64,000 nucleotides of DNA, taken from the NCBI GenBank assembly GCA_964574355.1, contig CAZNMD010000001.1, positions 26,180 to 90,179 of the forward strand, given 5' to 3'. This stretch comes from an uncultured Candidatus Saccharibacteria bacterium. GTDB taxonomy: Bacteria; Patescibacteriota; Minisyncoccia; Phycocordibacterales; DSPV01. A program made the position numbers and the translations under genes. Positions 38,256-47,217 of the stretch are shown piece after piece; within the stretch, counting starts at the first letter, position 1; every line of letters starts with the position of its first letter. Under the pieces are notes generated by a model. That model searched no databases and was not told the origin of the DNA. It saw nothing but the letters and a program-made list of their open reading frames with translations.

Positions 38256-39170
38256 ATGTTACAGCGACGAACACATCGCGACTTAGTTTGGATTGACGTT
38301 GAATCACCAACCACGCACGACATTCGACCACTCGCAGAAGAATATGGCATTCATCCACTCGTAGCAGACGAACTTCTCGGCCCTTCCCTGAAACCAAAAG
38401 TTGATTACCACGGAACACTGATTTATTGTGTTCTCCACTTTCCTGCACTAAAACATAGCCATCGTGAATCAACTGACCAAGAAATCGATTTTGTTATTGG
38501 AAAAAATTTCCTCATTACAGCTCATTATGACACCATCGATCCCCTTCTTAAATTTTCAAAAGTTTTTGAGGTAAATTCAACACTCAATCACGACACCTTA
38601 GGAGAACACGCAGGATACATTTTCTATTATTTAGTTAAAAAATTGTATCGATCTTTACACAATGAACTTGCAATAATCAGCGGTTCACTTTCAAAAATAG
38701 AAAAAGAAACGTTCAGAGGGAGAGAGCGAGATATGGTCATAGAGTTATCTAAAACCGCACGCGACATTTTAACTATGAAACGAGCCTTATCTTTGCACGG
38801 TGATGTTTTAAGCTCTTTGCGCCACGCAGCAAAAAGAATGTTTGGTGAAGAATTTGATTTTTATCTTCGTGATATTGAAGACGAATACACCAAAGTTATT
38901 CATTCATTACGAGACCTCTCGGAATCTTTGCATGAACTTCGAAGTACCAATGACTCACTTTTAACAACCAAACAAAATCAAATTGCCCAAACATTAACCG
39001 TTATGGCGTTCATGGTTTTGCCAACCTCACTTATTGCAACGCTGTTTTCAATGCAAGTTGAATCTATTCCCTTCACTGGTCAACCAAACGGTTTTTGGCT
39101 CGTCTTTGGAATAATTGTCACAGTGATTTTATTTATCTATCTATTCTTTAAGCGCAAAGAGTGGATCTAA
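38256..39170 (+). CDS. corA: CorA-family divalent cation transporter (variant GMN region)
   Basis: Cytoplasmic N-domain and two C-terminal TMs, with CorA-like LVWIDVESPT…PLVADEL. The canonical YGMNF is replaced by FSMQV. Confidence 0.75.
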   Translation: MLQRRTHRDLVWIDVESPTTHDIRPLAEEYGIHPLVADELLGPSLKPKVDYHGTLIYCVLHFPALKHSHRESTDQEIDFVIGKNFLITAHYDTIDPLLKFSKVFEVNSTLNHDTLGEHAGYIFYYLVKKLYRSLHNELAIISGSLSKIEKETFRGRERDMVIELSKTARDILTMKRALSLHGDVLSSLRHAAKRMFGEEFDFYLRDIEDEYTKVIHSLRDLSESLHELRSTNDSLLTTKQNQIAQTLTVMAFMVLPTSLIATLFSMQVESIPFTGQPNGFWLVFGIIVTVILFIYLFFKRKEWI

Positions 39171-39177
39171 CACATCT

Positions 39178-40671
39178 ATGAAACACTTTTTAGATCTCTT
39201 TTTTCATAGACAGCAAAAAGAACCCAACAAGCACGAACCTCGAGGCAGCGTCGTTCTTTTTAATACCAAAACAAAAAAGAAAGAACTGTTTGGAGCGCTC
39301 ACTCCTCCCAAAGTACGAATGTATAATTGCGGACCAACTGTCTACGCTGGTGCCCATATTGGGAACCTGCGCTCGTACGTATTTGCTGACACACTACGAA
39401 GAACACTCATAGAAGCAGGTTTTGAAGTAGACCAGGTTATTAACATCACCGACGTTGGACACCTTACTTCCAACGGTGACGAGGGGGCGGACAAAATGGA
39501 AGAAGGTGCAAAATTAGCAGGACTTCAAACCCAAGCAATTGCCGCAAAATATACGGCACAATTTCTTGACGATATCACGTCTCTTAATATTGAAGCCGAA
39601 GACGTTTCATTTCCTCGGGCGACAGATCATATTCCTGAACAAATTGCCCTCATTAAAACACTTGAGGAAAAGGGCTACACCTACAAAACAAATGATGGGA
39701 TTTATTTTGATTCGTCACTCTTTAAGCACTACGGAGCTCTCGGCGGTATTGATCTTCAAGGATTAAAAGAAGGGGCTCGTGTAGAAAAAAATATTGAAAA
39801 AAAGCATCCAACAGACTTTGCTCTCTGGAAATTCTCTCCCGCTGATTCAAAAAGACAACAAGAATGGCCCTCTCCGTGGGGAATTGGCTTTCCTGGTTGG
39901 CACATTGAATGCTCAGCGATGTCTATGAAATACCTTGGCCCAACACTCGATATTCACACAGGGGGTATTGATCACATCCCTATTCATCACAATAACGAAA
40001 TTGCTCAATCTGAGGCCGCAACCGGCCGTACCTACGCTCGTTTTTGGATGCACAACGAACACCTCATGATTGAGGGGAGAAAAATAAGTAAATCACTCGG
40101 AAACACAGTGGCTCTTTCACAAATAAAAGATAAAAACATTTCGCCACTTGCGTATCGATACTTTTTACTAACCGGACACTATCGAACTCAAATGAATTTT
40201 ACCTGGGAGGCCCTTGAAGGGTCTTCTGTTGCACTCTTTCGATTAAGAAAATACTTTGTTGAAAAACTAAGCTCATCAAAAGGTGGAACCCCCGATGAAA
40301 AAATTTTAGCCGAATTTCGTGAGCGTATGAACGACGACCTTGATAGCCCTCGAGCAATTTCTCTCTTGTGGGAAACTGTTAAAAATGAAAAACTAAAACC
40401 AAACGTAAAACGAGAAACCCTTCTTGTGATGGACAAATGGCTTGGCCTTGGATTACTTGAATCAAACGACATCATCGAAGACATGCAGTTGTATGATGAT
40501 ACTGACCCTTCTCTGCCAGAAGAAATTCGAGACCTTCTTTTAAAGAGAATGACTGCTCGAAAAAATAAAAACTGGACTGAAGCGGACCAATTTCGAGCCT
40601 CATTAAATGAAAAAGGTTATGAGGTAACAGATACAGACAAAACACAAAGAGTTTCGCTTAAAAAGCGCTGA
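39178..40671 (+). CDS. cysS: Cysteine--tRNA ligase
   Basis: MYNCGPTVYAGAHIGN (HIGH), KISKS, and zinc-binding Cys residues. There is an N-terminal ~25-aa extension, or the start is mis-set. Confidence 0.93.
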   Translation: MKHFLDLFFHRQQKEPNKHEPRGSVVLFNTKTKKKELFGALTPPKVRMYNCGPTVYAGAHIGNLRSYVFADTLRRTLIEAGFEVDQVINITDVGHLTSNGDEGADKMEEGAKLAGLQTQAIAAKYTAQFLDDITSLNIEAEDVSFPRATDHIPEQIALIKTLEEKGYTYKTNDGIYFDSSLFKHYGALGGIDLQGLKEGARVEKNIEKKHPTDFALWKFSPADSKRQQEWPSPWGIGFPGWHIECSAMSMKYLGPTLDIHTGGIDHIPIHHNNEIAQSEAATGRTYARFWMHNEHLMIEGRKISKSLGNTVALSQIKDKNISPLAYRYFLLTGHYRTQMNFTWEALEGSSVALFRLRKYFVEKLSSSKGGTPDEKILAEFRERMNDDLDSPRAISLLWETVKNEKLKPNVKRETLLVMDKWLGLGLLESNDIIEDMQLYDDTDPSLPEEIRDLLLKRMTARKNKNWTEADQFRASLNEKGYEVTDTDKTQRVSLKKR

Positions 40672-40710
40672 CATAAACATTTTCTCATCAATACGCTATA
40701 CTAGCGAAAG

Positions 40711-41178
40711 ATGAATACACCTGCCTCGTTCATTGTAAGGAAAGGCCTAAAAAACCCTTCGTATAGAACGCTTTTTCCGTCGCCTTTGTTACGTTTTTAT
40801 ACCAGTGGAGAGAAAAAATTCAGAAGGATTTCACTCGATATAGAGATCGTCGCGCAGGCTCGACGTGAATTACGACGTTTTGCCAAACGGCTCTCCATTT
40901 CTGATCTTTGTTCTTTGTGTCGGGCACTCAAAAAAGGAGAGCTAACTGAATGCGTTCGGGATGATAGCTTTGTTGGAACAATAATCAAGTACCGAAAGCG
41001 CCGCCAGCGAACCGACAGGTTGAATCCAGATGATTACAATCACCTAGAAGAAAGTAGGGCTCTTGTTTACTGGTTTAAACAACACGTGGGGAGACTTCCT
41101 CCGGATAGTGATGACTATGTCGCAACCACTATCTGCTGGCTGGAGCAAATCATCAAAGAACGACGCTCTGGAAACTGA
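40711..41178 (+). CDS. Hypothetical basic (Arg-rich) protein
   Basis: 155 aa with its own -10 TATACT and GAAAG RBS. A terminator follows. No domain recognised. Confidence 0.45.
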   Translation: MNTPASFIVRKGLKNPSYRTLFPSPLLRFYTSGEKKFRRISLDIEIVAQARRELRRFAKRLSISDLCSLCRALKKGELTECVRDDSFVGTIIKYRKRRQRTDRLNPDDYNHLEESRALVYWFKQHVGRLPPDSDDYVATTICWLEQIIKERRSGN

Positions 41179-41193
41179 AACCAGAATTAATTT

Positions 41194-41227
41194 CCGTCGC
41201 CTATTCGAAGGCGACGGTTTTTTTATT
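41194..41227 (+). terminator. Rho-independent terminator (CCGTCGCC-N8-GGCGACGG + T8)
   Basis: Perfect 8-bp stem followed by TTTTTTTATT. Confidence 0.8.
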
Positions 41228-41318
41228 AAAACAAATCTTTATCCACACGCATCCACATGTTCTGCACCTTTTTTATGCTTCCCGCAAGATAAAGACAGCT
41301 GTTACAATACACCGACAA

Positions 41319-42719
41319 ATGACCAAACGCCCCTCATCAGGTTTACGCCTTCCTCCTCAATCACTTGAAAGTGAACATGCACTCTTGGGCTCCATCATGC
41401 TCCGCCCTGATGCAGCGCTGGATATTATTCCAACTGTTCCACCCGGTTCATTTTATGCGGAAAAAAATCGCCTGATCTATCAAGCAATGATAGAGCTAGC
41501 CGATATGCACTCACCAATCGATCTTGTTTCGATTGCCAACCATCTTAGTGGAAAAGGAATTTTGGAATCAGTTGGGGGGAGAGCATACCTTGCTGATCTT
41601 GCCGGAAGTGTCCCTTCTGCGGCAAATATTGAATACTATGCAGAAATTGTTACTAGTAAATACCTCTTACGAAAACTCATTGAGGCTTCAGAAGGAATTT
41701 CAAAACTTGGCTACAGCGAAGATCGTAACGTCACAGATCTTATAGATGAAGCTCAGCGAACCATTTTTGAAGTAGCGAACGCCTCCACTCACGGAGTTAA
41801 ATTTATCGAACTGAAACACGCACTTGGTGACGCTTGGACACGCCTCGATACACTTCATAAAAACAAAGGTGAACTCCGCGGTATTCCAACAGGATTTAAA
41901 CAAGTTGATAATCTTCTTGCGGGACTCCAACGATCAGATCTCATTATTCTTGCCGCCCGTCCTTCTGTTGGTAAAACTTCTTTTGCCTTGGATATTGCCC
42001 GCCAGACAGCAATTCGTCACCAAAAACACGTCGCTATTTTCTCTCTGGAAATGAGTTCGCAACAACTTGTTGATCGTATGTTGGCAGCCGAGTCTCAAGT
42101 AAACGCATGGAAACTTCGTACCGGAGCATTGAGTACCGAAGATGAGTTTGGTCGCATTCGTGACGCGTTAAATACGCTTTCGACCGCACCCATCTTTATA
42201 AACGACGAAGCAGGAATTACCGCCATGAAGATGCGTTCCATTGCCCGACGCCTCATGGTTGAGAAAAAATTAGATTTGATTGTTGTTGATTACTTGCAGC
42301 TCATGATGCCAATGCACACACGCTCATCAGATTCTCTTGTTCAGCAAGTAACCGAAATCAGTCGTTCATTAAAACATCTTGCCCGCGAATTGGATGTTCC
42401 AGTTTTAGCACTCTCTCAGCTTTCACGTGACGTTGAAAAACGTGGTGGTAAACCTCGGCTTTCAGATTTGCGTGACTCTGGTTCTATTGAACAAGATGCC
42501 GATGTTGTTATGTTTATTCATCGCCCAGACCGTTTCAATGAAGGTTCAAATCGAACAAACATCGCGGAAATCCATGTCGAAAAACACCGCAACGGTCCAA
42601 CCGGACAAGTTGATTTATTTTTCGACGACAAACGTGCAACCTTCCTCGATCTTGAAAAAGACGACTTTGGAGCACTTGCTGCCGGTGTTGATGACGCCTC
42701 TTTGGCTCCTGGTTTTTAA
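41319..42719 (+). CDS. dnaB: Replicative DNA helicase DnaB
   Basis: N-terminal ESEHALLGSIML and Walker A ARPSVGKTSFALDIA, with RecA-like fold motifs. Confidence 0.95.
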   Translation: MTKRPSSGLRLPPQSLESEHALLGSIMLRPDAALDIIPTVPPGSFYAEKNRLIYQAMIELADMHSPIDLVSIANHLSGKGILESVGGRAYLADLAGSVPSAANIEYYAEIVTSKYLLRKLIEASEGISKLGYSEDRNVTDLIDEAQRTIFEVANASTHGVKFIELKHALGDAWTRLDTLHKNKGELRGIPTGFKQVDNLLAGLQRSDLIILAARPSVGKTSFALDIARQTAIRHQKHVAIFSLEMSSQQLVDRMLAAESQVNAWKLRTGALSTEDEFGRIRDALNTLSTAPIFINDEAGITAMKMRSIARRLMVEKKLDLIVVDYLQLMMPMHTRSSDSLVQQVTEISRSLKHLARELDVPVLALSQLSRDVEKRGGKPRLSDLRDSGSIEQDADVVMFIHRPDRFNEGSNRTNIAEIHVEKHRNGPTGQVDLFFDDKRATFLDLEKDDFGALAAGVDDASLAPGF

Positions 42720-42722
42720 TCC

Positions 42723-43346
42723 ATGAAATCAATAGACGAACTCGCAGAATTATTTAAAAAACTTCCCGGGGTTGGCCCACGCCAAGCACGACGTTTTGTC
42801 TATCACCTCCTCACCGCGTCAAGAGATGAAGCTGCCCGAATCGCCGCTCTCATCAAATCCATGCACGAAGAAACGCTCGTTTGCACAGAATGTCATCGAT
42901 TTTTTCCAAAAGATCTAAAAGAAAATCGTCTCTGCAAAGAGTGTCGAGATCATAGCCGTGACGCAACTCTCTTGGCAATCGTTCCGAGAGATTCTGATCG
43001 TGAGGCTATAGAAAAAAGTGGTACATACAAAGGATACTACTTTATTCTTGGTGGCTCTGTGCCAGTACTAGGAGATCACCCAGAAAAAAGAATTCGGCTC
43101 CCCGCCCTTCTTACCCTTATTAAAAAAAGAAAAGCGATGGGACTCAAAGAAATTATTATCGCCATGGACGCCAACCCTGAAGGTGATCACACCGCAGAAT
43201 TTCTCGCATCATGCCTTGAACCTTTAGTAAAAGAATTTTCTCTTACCATAACCACACTTGGTCGAGGCCTCTCAACCGGCACCGAACTTGAATATGCAGA
43301 TTCTGACACCATCAAAAATGCCTTTGGAAATAGGCTTAAAATTTAA
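42723..43346 (+). CDS. recR: Recombination protein RecR
   Basis: HhH (LPGVGPRQARR), C4 zinc finger (CTECHRF…CKEC), and a Toprim domain. Confidence 0.93.
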   Translation: MKSIDELAELFKKLPGVGPRQARRFVYHLLTASRDEAARIAALIKSMHEETLVCTECHRFFPKDLKENRLCKECRDHSRDATLLAIVPRDSDREAIEKSGTYKGYYFILGGSVPVLGDHPEKRIRLPALLTLIKKRKAMGLKEIIIAMDANPEGDHTAEFLASCLEPLVKEFSLTITTLGRGLSTGTELEYADSDTIKNAFGNRLKI

Positions 43347-43362
43347 CAAGCTTTATAAAGAC

Positions 43363-43391
43363 TTGTCAATATATCCCACTTTTGCTATAAT
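43363..43391 (+). promoter_or_regulatory. Strong sigma70-like promoter TTGTCA-N17-TGcTATAAT
   Basis: -35 at 43363-43368 and extended -10 at 43383-43391. It is followed by the RBS GGAAGGAG and ATG 43413. Confidence 0.55.
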
Positions 43392-43412
43392 TCGTAGCTG
43401 GAAGGAGCACTC

Positions 43413-43664
43413 ATGAAAAATGTTATTGACGATGTTATCCTGCGCCTGCTGCATCAAGTAACAACTCCTCGTCAGCACGAAAGCAATACCTGTCCAAAAT
43501 GTGAAGGTACCGGACTTAATCTCCGGGATTACGCCTACGAACTCAAAGACTACAAGATGGTTCCTTACCATCCAAAGTGTCTCTTGTGCAAAGGCACAAA
43601 AACCGTGGACACCGTTCCGGTCATTGGCGTCAACGTCGGGGTTCCAGACGCCATCGCCATCTAG
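43413..43664 (+). CDS. Small protein with two DnaJ-type CxxCxGxG zinc-finger motifs
   Basis: CPKCEGTG and CLLCKGTK. Strong RBS; its own promoter and terminator. Confidence 0.65.
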   Translation: MKNVIDDVILRLLHQVTTPRQHESNTCPKCEGTGLNLRDYAYELKDYKMVPYHPKCLLCKGTKTVDTVPVIGVNVGVPDAIAI

Positions 43665-43666
43665 GT

Positions 43667-43725
43667 CTCATCGAGACCAAACAAAAAAACCGCCTCGGGC
43701 ACTCCGTAGCGGTTTTTCTTGTTCT
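43667..43725. terminator. Hairpin GGTCTC-atc-GAGACC followed by bidirectional terminator ACCGC…GCGGT with flanking A/T runs
   Basis: Seen directly. Serves the convergent 43413 gene and rplU. Confidence 0.6.
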
Positions 43726-43728
43726 TTA

Positions 43729-44082
43729 TTATTTAATGGATTCAATCATCACCTCCATAAACGGCTGACGATGACCATTCTTTTTCGCGTTGCGGCTCTT
43801 TTGTTTATACTTCATAACAACCACCGTCTTTTCACGTCCAAGTTTTGTAATTTTTCCAACAACCGAAGCTCCATCAATATAAGGCGTGCCAATAGTAGTA
43901 GCTCCACCATCATCTACAAGTAATACTTTATCAAAAGTGATGGTTTCTCCCTCTACTTTTCCAGGCAAAATCTCAGTGTGAATAGTGTCACCTGCTGCTA
44001 CCCCATACTGCTTACCACCAGTCTCAACGACGGCGTACAAGCTCGAATTTGCTTCAGTTTTTGCTGTTTTTTTAGCAGGCAT
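43729..44082 (-). CDS. rplU: 50S ribosomal protein bL21 (with short N-terminal extension)
   Basis: YAVVETGGKQYGVAAGDTIHTE…TKLGREKTVVVMKYKQK matches bL21. Confidence 0.9.
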   Translation of the reverse strand: MPAKKTAKTEANSSLYAVVETGGKQYGVAAGDTIHTEILPGKVEGETITFDKVLLVDDGGATTIGTPYIDGASVVGKITKLGREKTVVVMKYKQKSRNAKKNGHRQPFMEVMIESIK

Positions 44083-44174
44083 GTCAGTAATGAAGCATTC
44101 TACCTAATTTTAAGGATTATGCAAATTTCTAACCCTAAAAAGCCGTTTTCTGGGAAAAAATCAATAGTACAGCC

Positions 44175-45269
44175 TTATTCTTCAAGATCTGGCTTATCTA
44201 ATACCTCTACCTCAATACCCGGTGCCGCACCTGCAATACGAAGCACATCCTTATCAAGCTGACGAAAAGCTTTACCCGATGCGTTGTAATGATTCACCAC
44301 TGTCCCGAGCGCATTTCCAAGCTTGGCGTGATACTCCTCATAACCTTTTAAATGCTTTCCTAGCTCCTCAACACGCTTTCGAATCTCTTTAGCCGTTTCC
44401 TCAATTTGAAGCGCCTTAAGGCCCTGTAAAACGGTCTGGAGGTAGGCCAGGAATGAGGTCGGAGAAACAATTATGACGTGATACTTTCCGGCCGCACGCT
44501 GGACCAGGTTTTCCGTGTCATCGGTGACTGCACCAACCTTATTGATCAATAAATCGTAATAAATTGCCTCATGGGGAATAAACATGAATGCAAATTCGGT
44601 TGTCCCCTGCTCTGGTTGAATATATTTTGATGTTTCAACTATTCGATTCTTCAAATCGTTCGTAAATACTTTCTGAAGCCGGTCTTTTTCACTCGGATCC
44701 CTCGCCTCAACAATACGATTATAATTTTCAAGAGAAAACTTTGAATCAACCGGAATAACTTTGTCTTTTACAAAAACCGCAGCATCAACAATCGTGCCGT
44801 CTGGAAACGCGTACTGCATTTGATATGAATCCGGTGGCAACACATTTTTCAAAAGCGTTTCAAGGTAATACTCGCCAAGAACGCCACGTTGTTTTGGATT
44901 TTTTAAAAGATCGCCAAGATTTTGCAATTCTGATGCGAAACCAACCATTTGTTTTCCGGTCTCCTCAACGCGCGTGACCTTTTCAGTCATGGACGTCACT
45001 TCTTTAAGAAAGCGGTCGACAAGCTTTTGCGATTCACCAAATTGTGAACGCATAGCTTCGCTCATAAACTTATTTGTCTCCCCAATTTTACTATCTACTG
45101 TCCGAGACAATGAATTCATCTGATCCAACAAAAGCCGCAATGAGGAGTCATCTTGTTGAACAGGTTTCTGTTTTCTTACTAATAAGAAAATAACAGCCAC
45201 AAGAAGTGCTGCAATAACTGCCAAAAATCCAATCAGTGCTGGGTCCATAAGTAGCATTCTAACATCCAC
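44175..45269 (-). CDS. rmuC: DNA recombination protein RmuC
   Basis: N-terminal TM, long coiled-coil, and C-terminal RmuC nuclease-like region (FAFMFIPHEAIYYDL…). Confidence 0.85.
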   Translation of the reverse strand: MDVRMLLMDPALIGFLAVIAALLVAVIFLLVRKQKPVQQDDSSLRLLLDQMNSLSRTVDSKIGETNKFMSEAMRSQFGESQKLVDRFLKEVTSMTEKVTRVEETGKQMVGFASELQNLGDLLKNPKQRGVLGEYYLETLLKNVLPPDSYQMQYAFPDGTIVDAAVFVKDKVIPVDSKFSLENYNRIVEARDPSEKDRLQKVFTNDLKNRIVETSKYIQPEQGTTEFAFMFIPHEAIYYDLLINKVGAVTDDTENLVQRAAGKYHVIIVSPTSFLAYLQTVLQGLKALQIEETAKEIRKRVEELGKHLKGYEEYHAKLGNALGTVVNHYNASGKAFRQLDKDVLRIAGAAPGIEVEVLDKPDLEE

Positions 45270-45344
45270 GCTTGTATATCAAAACCTAAAATAAAAACCT
45301 CGTGGTAGTGCTACCACGAGGTTTATGTAAAACGACCCACTCCT

Positions 45345-45932
45345 TTACTCCAAACGGACACTCACCGTACGTTTTGTGAGCATCGAAGGACGAACGAGGA
45401 GAATCGTTACGACAATGCTTTCGATCACAAAAAAGGTGATCGGCTGAGCAGCATCTGCAAAGGTCCACCGCGGAATGGCGATGACGGCACAGAAACACGA
45501 CAACCAAAAAAGAGTCCACGCCAACTTGTTTTCCCGAGCTGGATCTTCCCACGCAGATTGAAAAGTTGGAAGCGCACCGATAAACAGAGCAACTTGTGCA
45601 ACTCCGATTCCAAAATTTGCCTCCTTGAAAACCACCCAAAGAACAATGGCAAACGCAGCGCCAACAAGACACAGCTTATCGAGCTTCGTCCAGCCAGGTG
45701 TTCCGTGCATGATCGCGAGTACAACAACAATCCATACTCCGATAACGGCTCCAATAATCTGGCCATTGACCGTACCTTTTGCATACATACCAGCAAACGT
45801 AACAGTATCCAGAACTCCCCAGATAACCCACGAAGCCTTGGCAGGCTTCGTTGTCTTTTGAAGAATGGCAAGAATGTATGGAACGAAAGCAACAAGAACC
45901 AACAAGCCCGCAATGAATGACAGCGTTTTCAC
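45345..45932 (-). CDS. Hypothetical polytopic membrane protein (GC-elevated)
   Basis: 5–6 TM helices, a GTG start with an AAGGAAGAG RBS, no domain recognised. Two alternative-frame ORFs overlap it, a sign of high GC. Confidence 0.55.
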   Translation of the reverse strand: MKTLSFIAGLLVLVAFVPYILAILQKTTKPAKASWVIWGVLDTVTFAGMYAKGTVNGQIIGAVIGVWIVVVLAIMHGTPGWTKLDKLCLVGAAFAIVLWVVFKEANFGIGVAQVALFIGALPTFQSAWEDPARENKLAWTLFWLSCFCAVIAIPRWTFADAAQPITFFVIESIVVTILLVRPSMLTKRTVSVRLE

Positions 45933-46089
45933 TCTCTTCCTTTTTTTGTTTTTTTACGAAGAACGTATGATAAAATAATAACAGTTTAATTTAATACTGT
46001 CAATAAATGTCTTCCTGCACAAACATCTTCAACTAGATTTTTATACCTGAAAGCGGTAAGCTCTACCTATCAACTAAACACTACTATCA

Positions 46090-46536
46090 ATGTCACTTCA
46101 AACCGATATAAAAGCAGGAATCAAAGAGGCGATGATGAAAAAAGACGAAGTACGATTGACCGTGCTTCGCTCTATTCAGGCTACAATCACCAACGAAATA
46201 ATCGCGAAAAAAGCAACGGAACTTCTCGATGAAGACGTTCTCACCATCATCCGCCGATCGGTAAAACAACACAAAGACTCAATTGATCAATTTACGAAGG
46301 GTAACCGCATGGATTTGGTTCAGAATGAACAAGCTGAACTAACCGTTCTTGAAGAATTTCTTCCAACAATGATGAGCCGAGAAGAAATCAAAAAAATTGC
46401 TGAAAAGAAAAAAGCAGAACTTGGTATCACAGACAAATCAAAAGCCGGAATGTTGACGGGCGCTCTCATGAAAGACTTGAAAGGTCGTGCAGATGGTAGT
46501 GATGTAAAATCAATTGTTGAAGAACTTTTAGGGTAA
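46090..46536 (+). CDS. GatB/YqeY-domain protein
   Basis: LQTDIKAGIKEAMMKKDEVRLTVLRSIQA… matches the YqeY family. Confidence 0.85.
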   Translation: MSLQTDIKAGIKEAMMKKDEVRLTVLRSIQATITNEIIAKKATELLDEDVLTIIRRSVKQHKDSIDQFTKGNRMDLVQNEQAELTVLEEFLPTMMSREEIKKIAEKKKAELGITDKSKAGMLTGALMKDLKGRADGSDVKSIVEELLG

Positions 46537-46632
46537 AAACCTAAGGACGCCTGCCCCGTAGTGAAGCGAATCCCTGAGCTTCTACTACTGGAGTTAAAAG
46601 CTGTTGTCGAGAAACCGCTCGGATAAGAATAC

Positions 46633-46662
46633 AAAAACCCGCTACGGTAGTAGCGGGTTTTT
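46633..46662. terminator. Bidirectional terminator (CCCGCTAC-ggta-GTAGCGGG flanked by A5/T5)
   Basis: AAAAACCCGCTACGGTAGTAGCGGGTTTTT. Confidence 0.8.
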
Positions 46663-46905
46663 AAAGTCTCAAACGATGGACCTGTCACTATCGCCTTTTC
46701 GGCATTGTCGCCCTCACCGAGGGCTGACGATCATCCGGCTCGAGCATCATGTAACGCTCACGTCGTGCCTCAGGATACCGAGGGACATGCCGATAACGGT
46801 GCTCCTTACCAGAGTGCCTGTTGCCAAGCCCCGCCGATGCTAACCTTGCATTGTTGCTCATAGTAATTAACCGATCCGTATAGAATACTCACAAAAATGA
46901 AGTTT
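46663..46905 (-). ncRNA. Candidate ~250-nt minus-strand transcription unit (GC-rich; encodes at most a 57-aa Arg-rich peptide) – sRNA or small protein
   Basis: It sits between a minus-strand TTGACA-N17-GAGTAT promoter (around 46880-46913) and the 46633-46662 terminator. It starts ATGAGCA like its divergent partner. No ribosomal-protein or known-RNA match was confirmed. Confidence 0.3.
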
Positions 46906-46906
46906 T

Positions 46907-46949
46907 TTGTCAATCCACAAACTTGACAATAGAGATTTCTCTACTATAA
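46907..46949. promoter_or_regulatory. Back-to-back divergent promoters on inverted repeat TTGTCAA-N8-TTGACAA; plus-strand consensus TTGACA-N16-TATAAT
   Basis: Plus -35 at 46922-46927 and -10 at 46944-46949. The minus -35 is the reverse complement of 46908-46913. Confidence 0.6.
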
Positions 46950-46962
46950 TTTAAACCAGATT

Positions 46963-47169
46963 ATGAGCACCCTAAGACGTCGGAAAATCCCGTCGAGGTG
47001 GTGGTTTAGTCGAATGAGACAGGCGGCAGCAGGAACACTTTCTGCTCCAACTCCAAAAACAACTTTGGGAGTTCCCTACTCTCAAATCGAACTCGCAGCA
47101 AAACTGACAGCCAACCCTGATGATGACGTACAACACCGCACCGAAGTATTACGCGGCGAATGGGATTAA
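46963..47169 (+). ncRNA. Candidate ~250-nt plus-strand transcription unit (68-aa Arg-rich ORF with unbiased codons, or sRNA)
   Basis: A consensus promoter lies 13 nt upstream of the ATG, there is no SD, and a terminator follows at 47186-47214. Arg is encoded by six different codons, which argues against a conserved CDS. Confidence 0.3.
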
Positions 47170-47185
47170 ATCCCCCCACAACACA

Positions 47186-47214
47186 AAACAGAGTCGCAAG
47201 ACTCTGTTTTATTT
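47186..47214. terminator. Rho-independent terminator (AACAGAGTC-gcaa-GACTCTGTT + TTTATTTT)
   Basis: Perfect 9-bp stem with a GNRA-like loop. Confidence 0.8.
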
Positions 47215-47217
47215 TAC

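Noticed and set aside
46780-46860. SRP (4.5S) RNA-like fragment GGTGCTCCTTACCAG resembling the GGUGCUGUUUACCAGG 5' motif
   Set aside because: The obligatory domain IV follows with GGAA tetraloop and AGCAGCC, and it is absent here.
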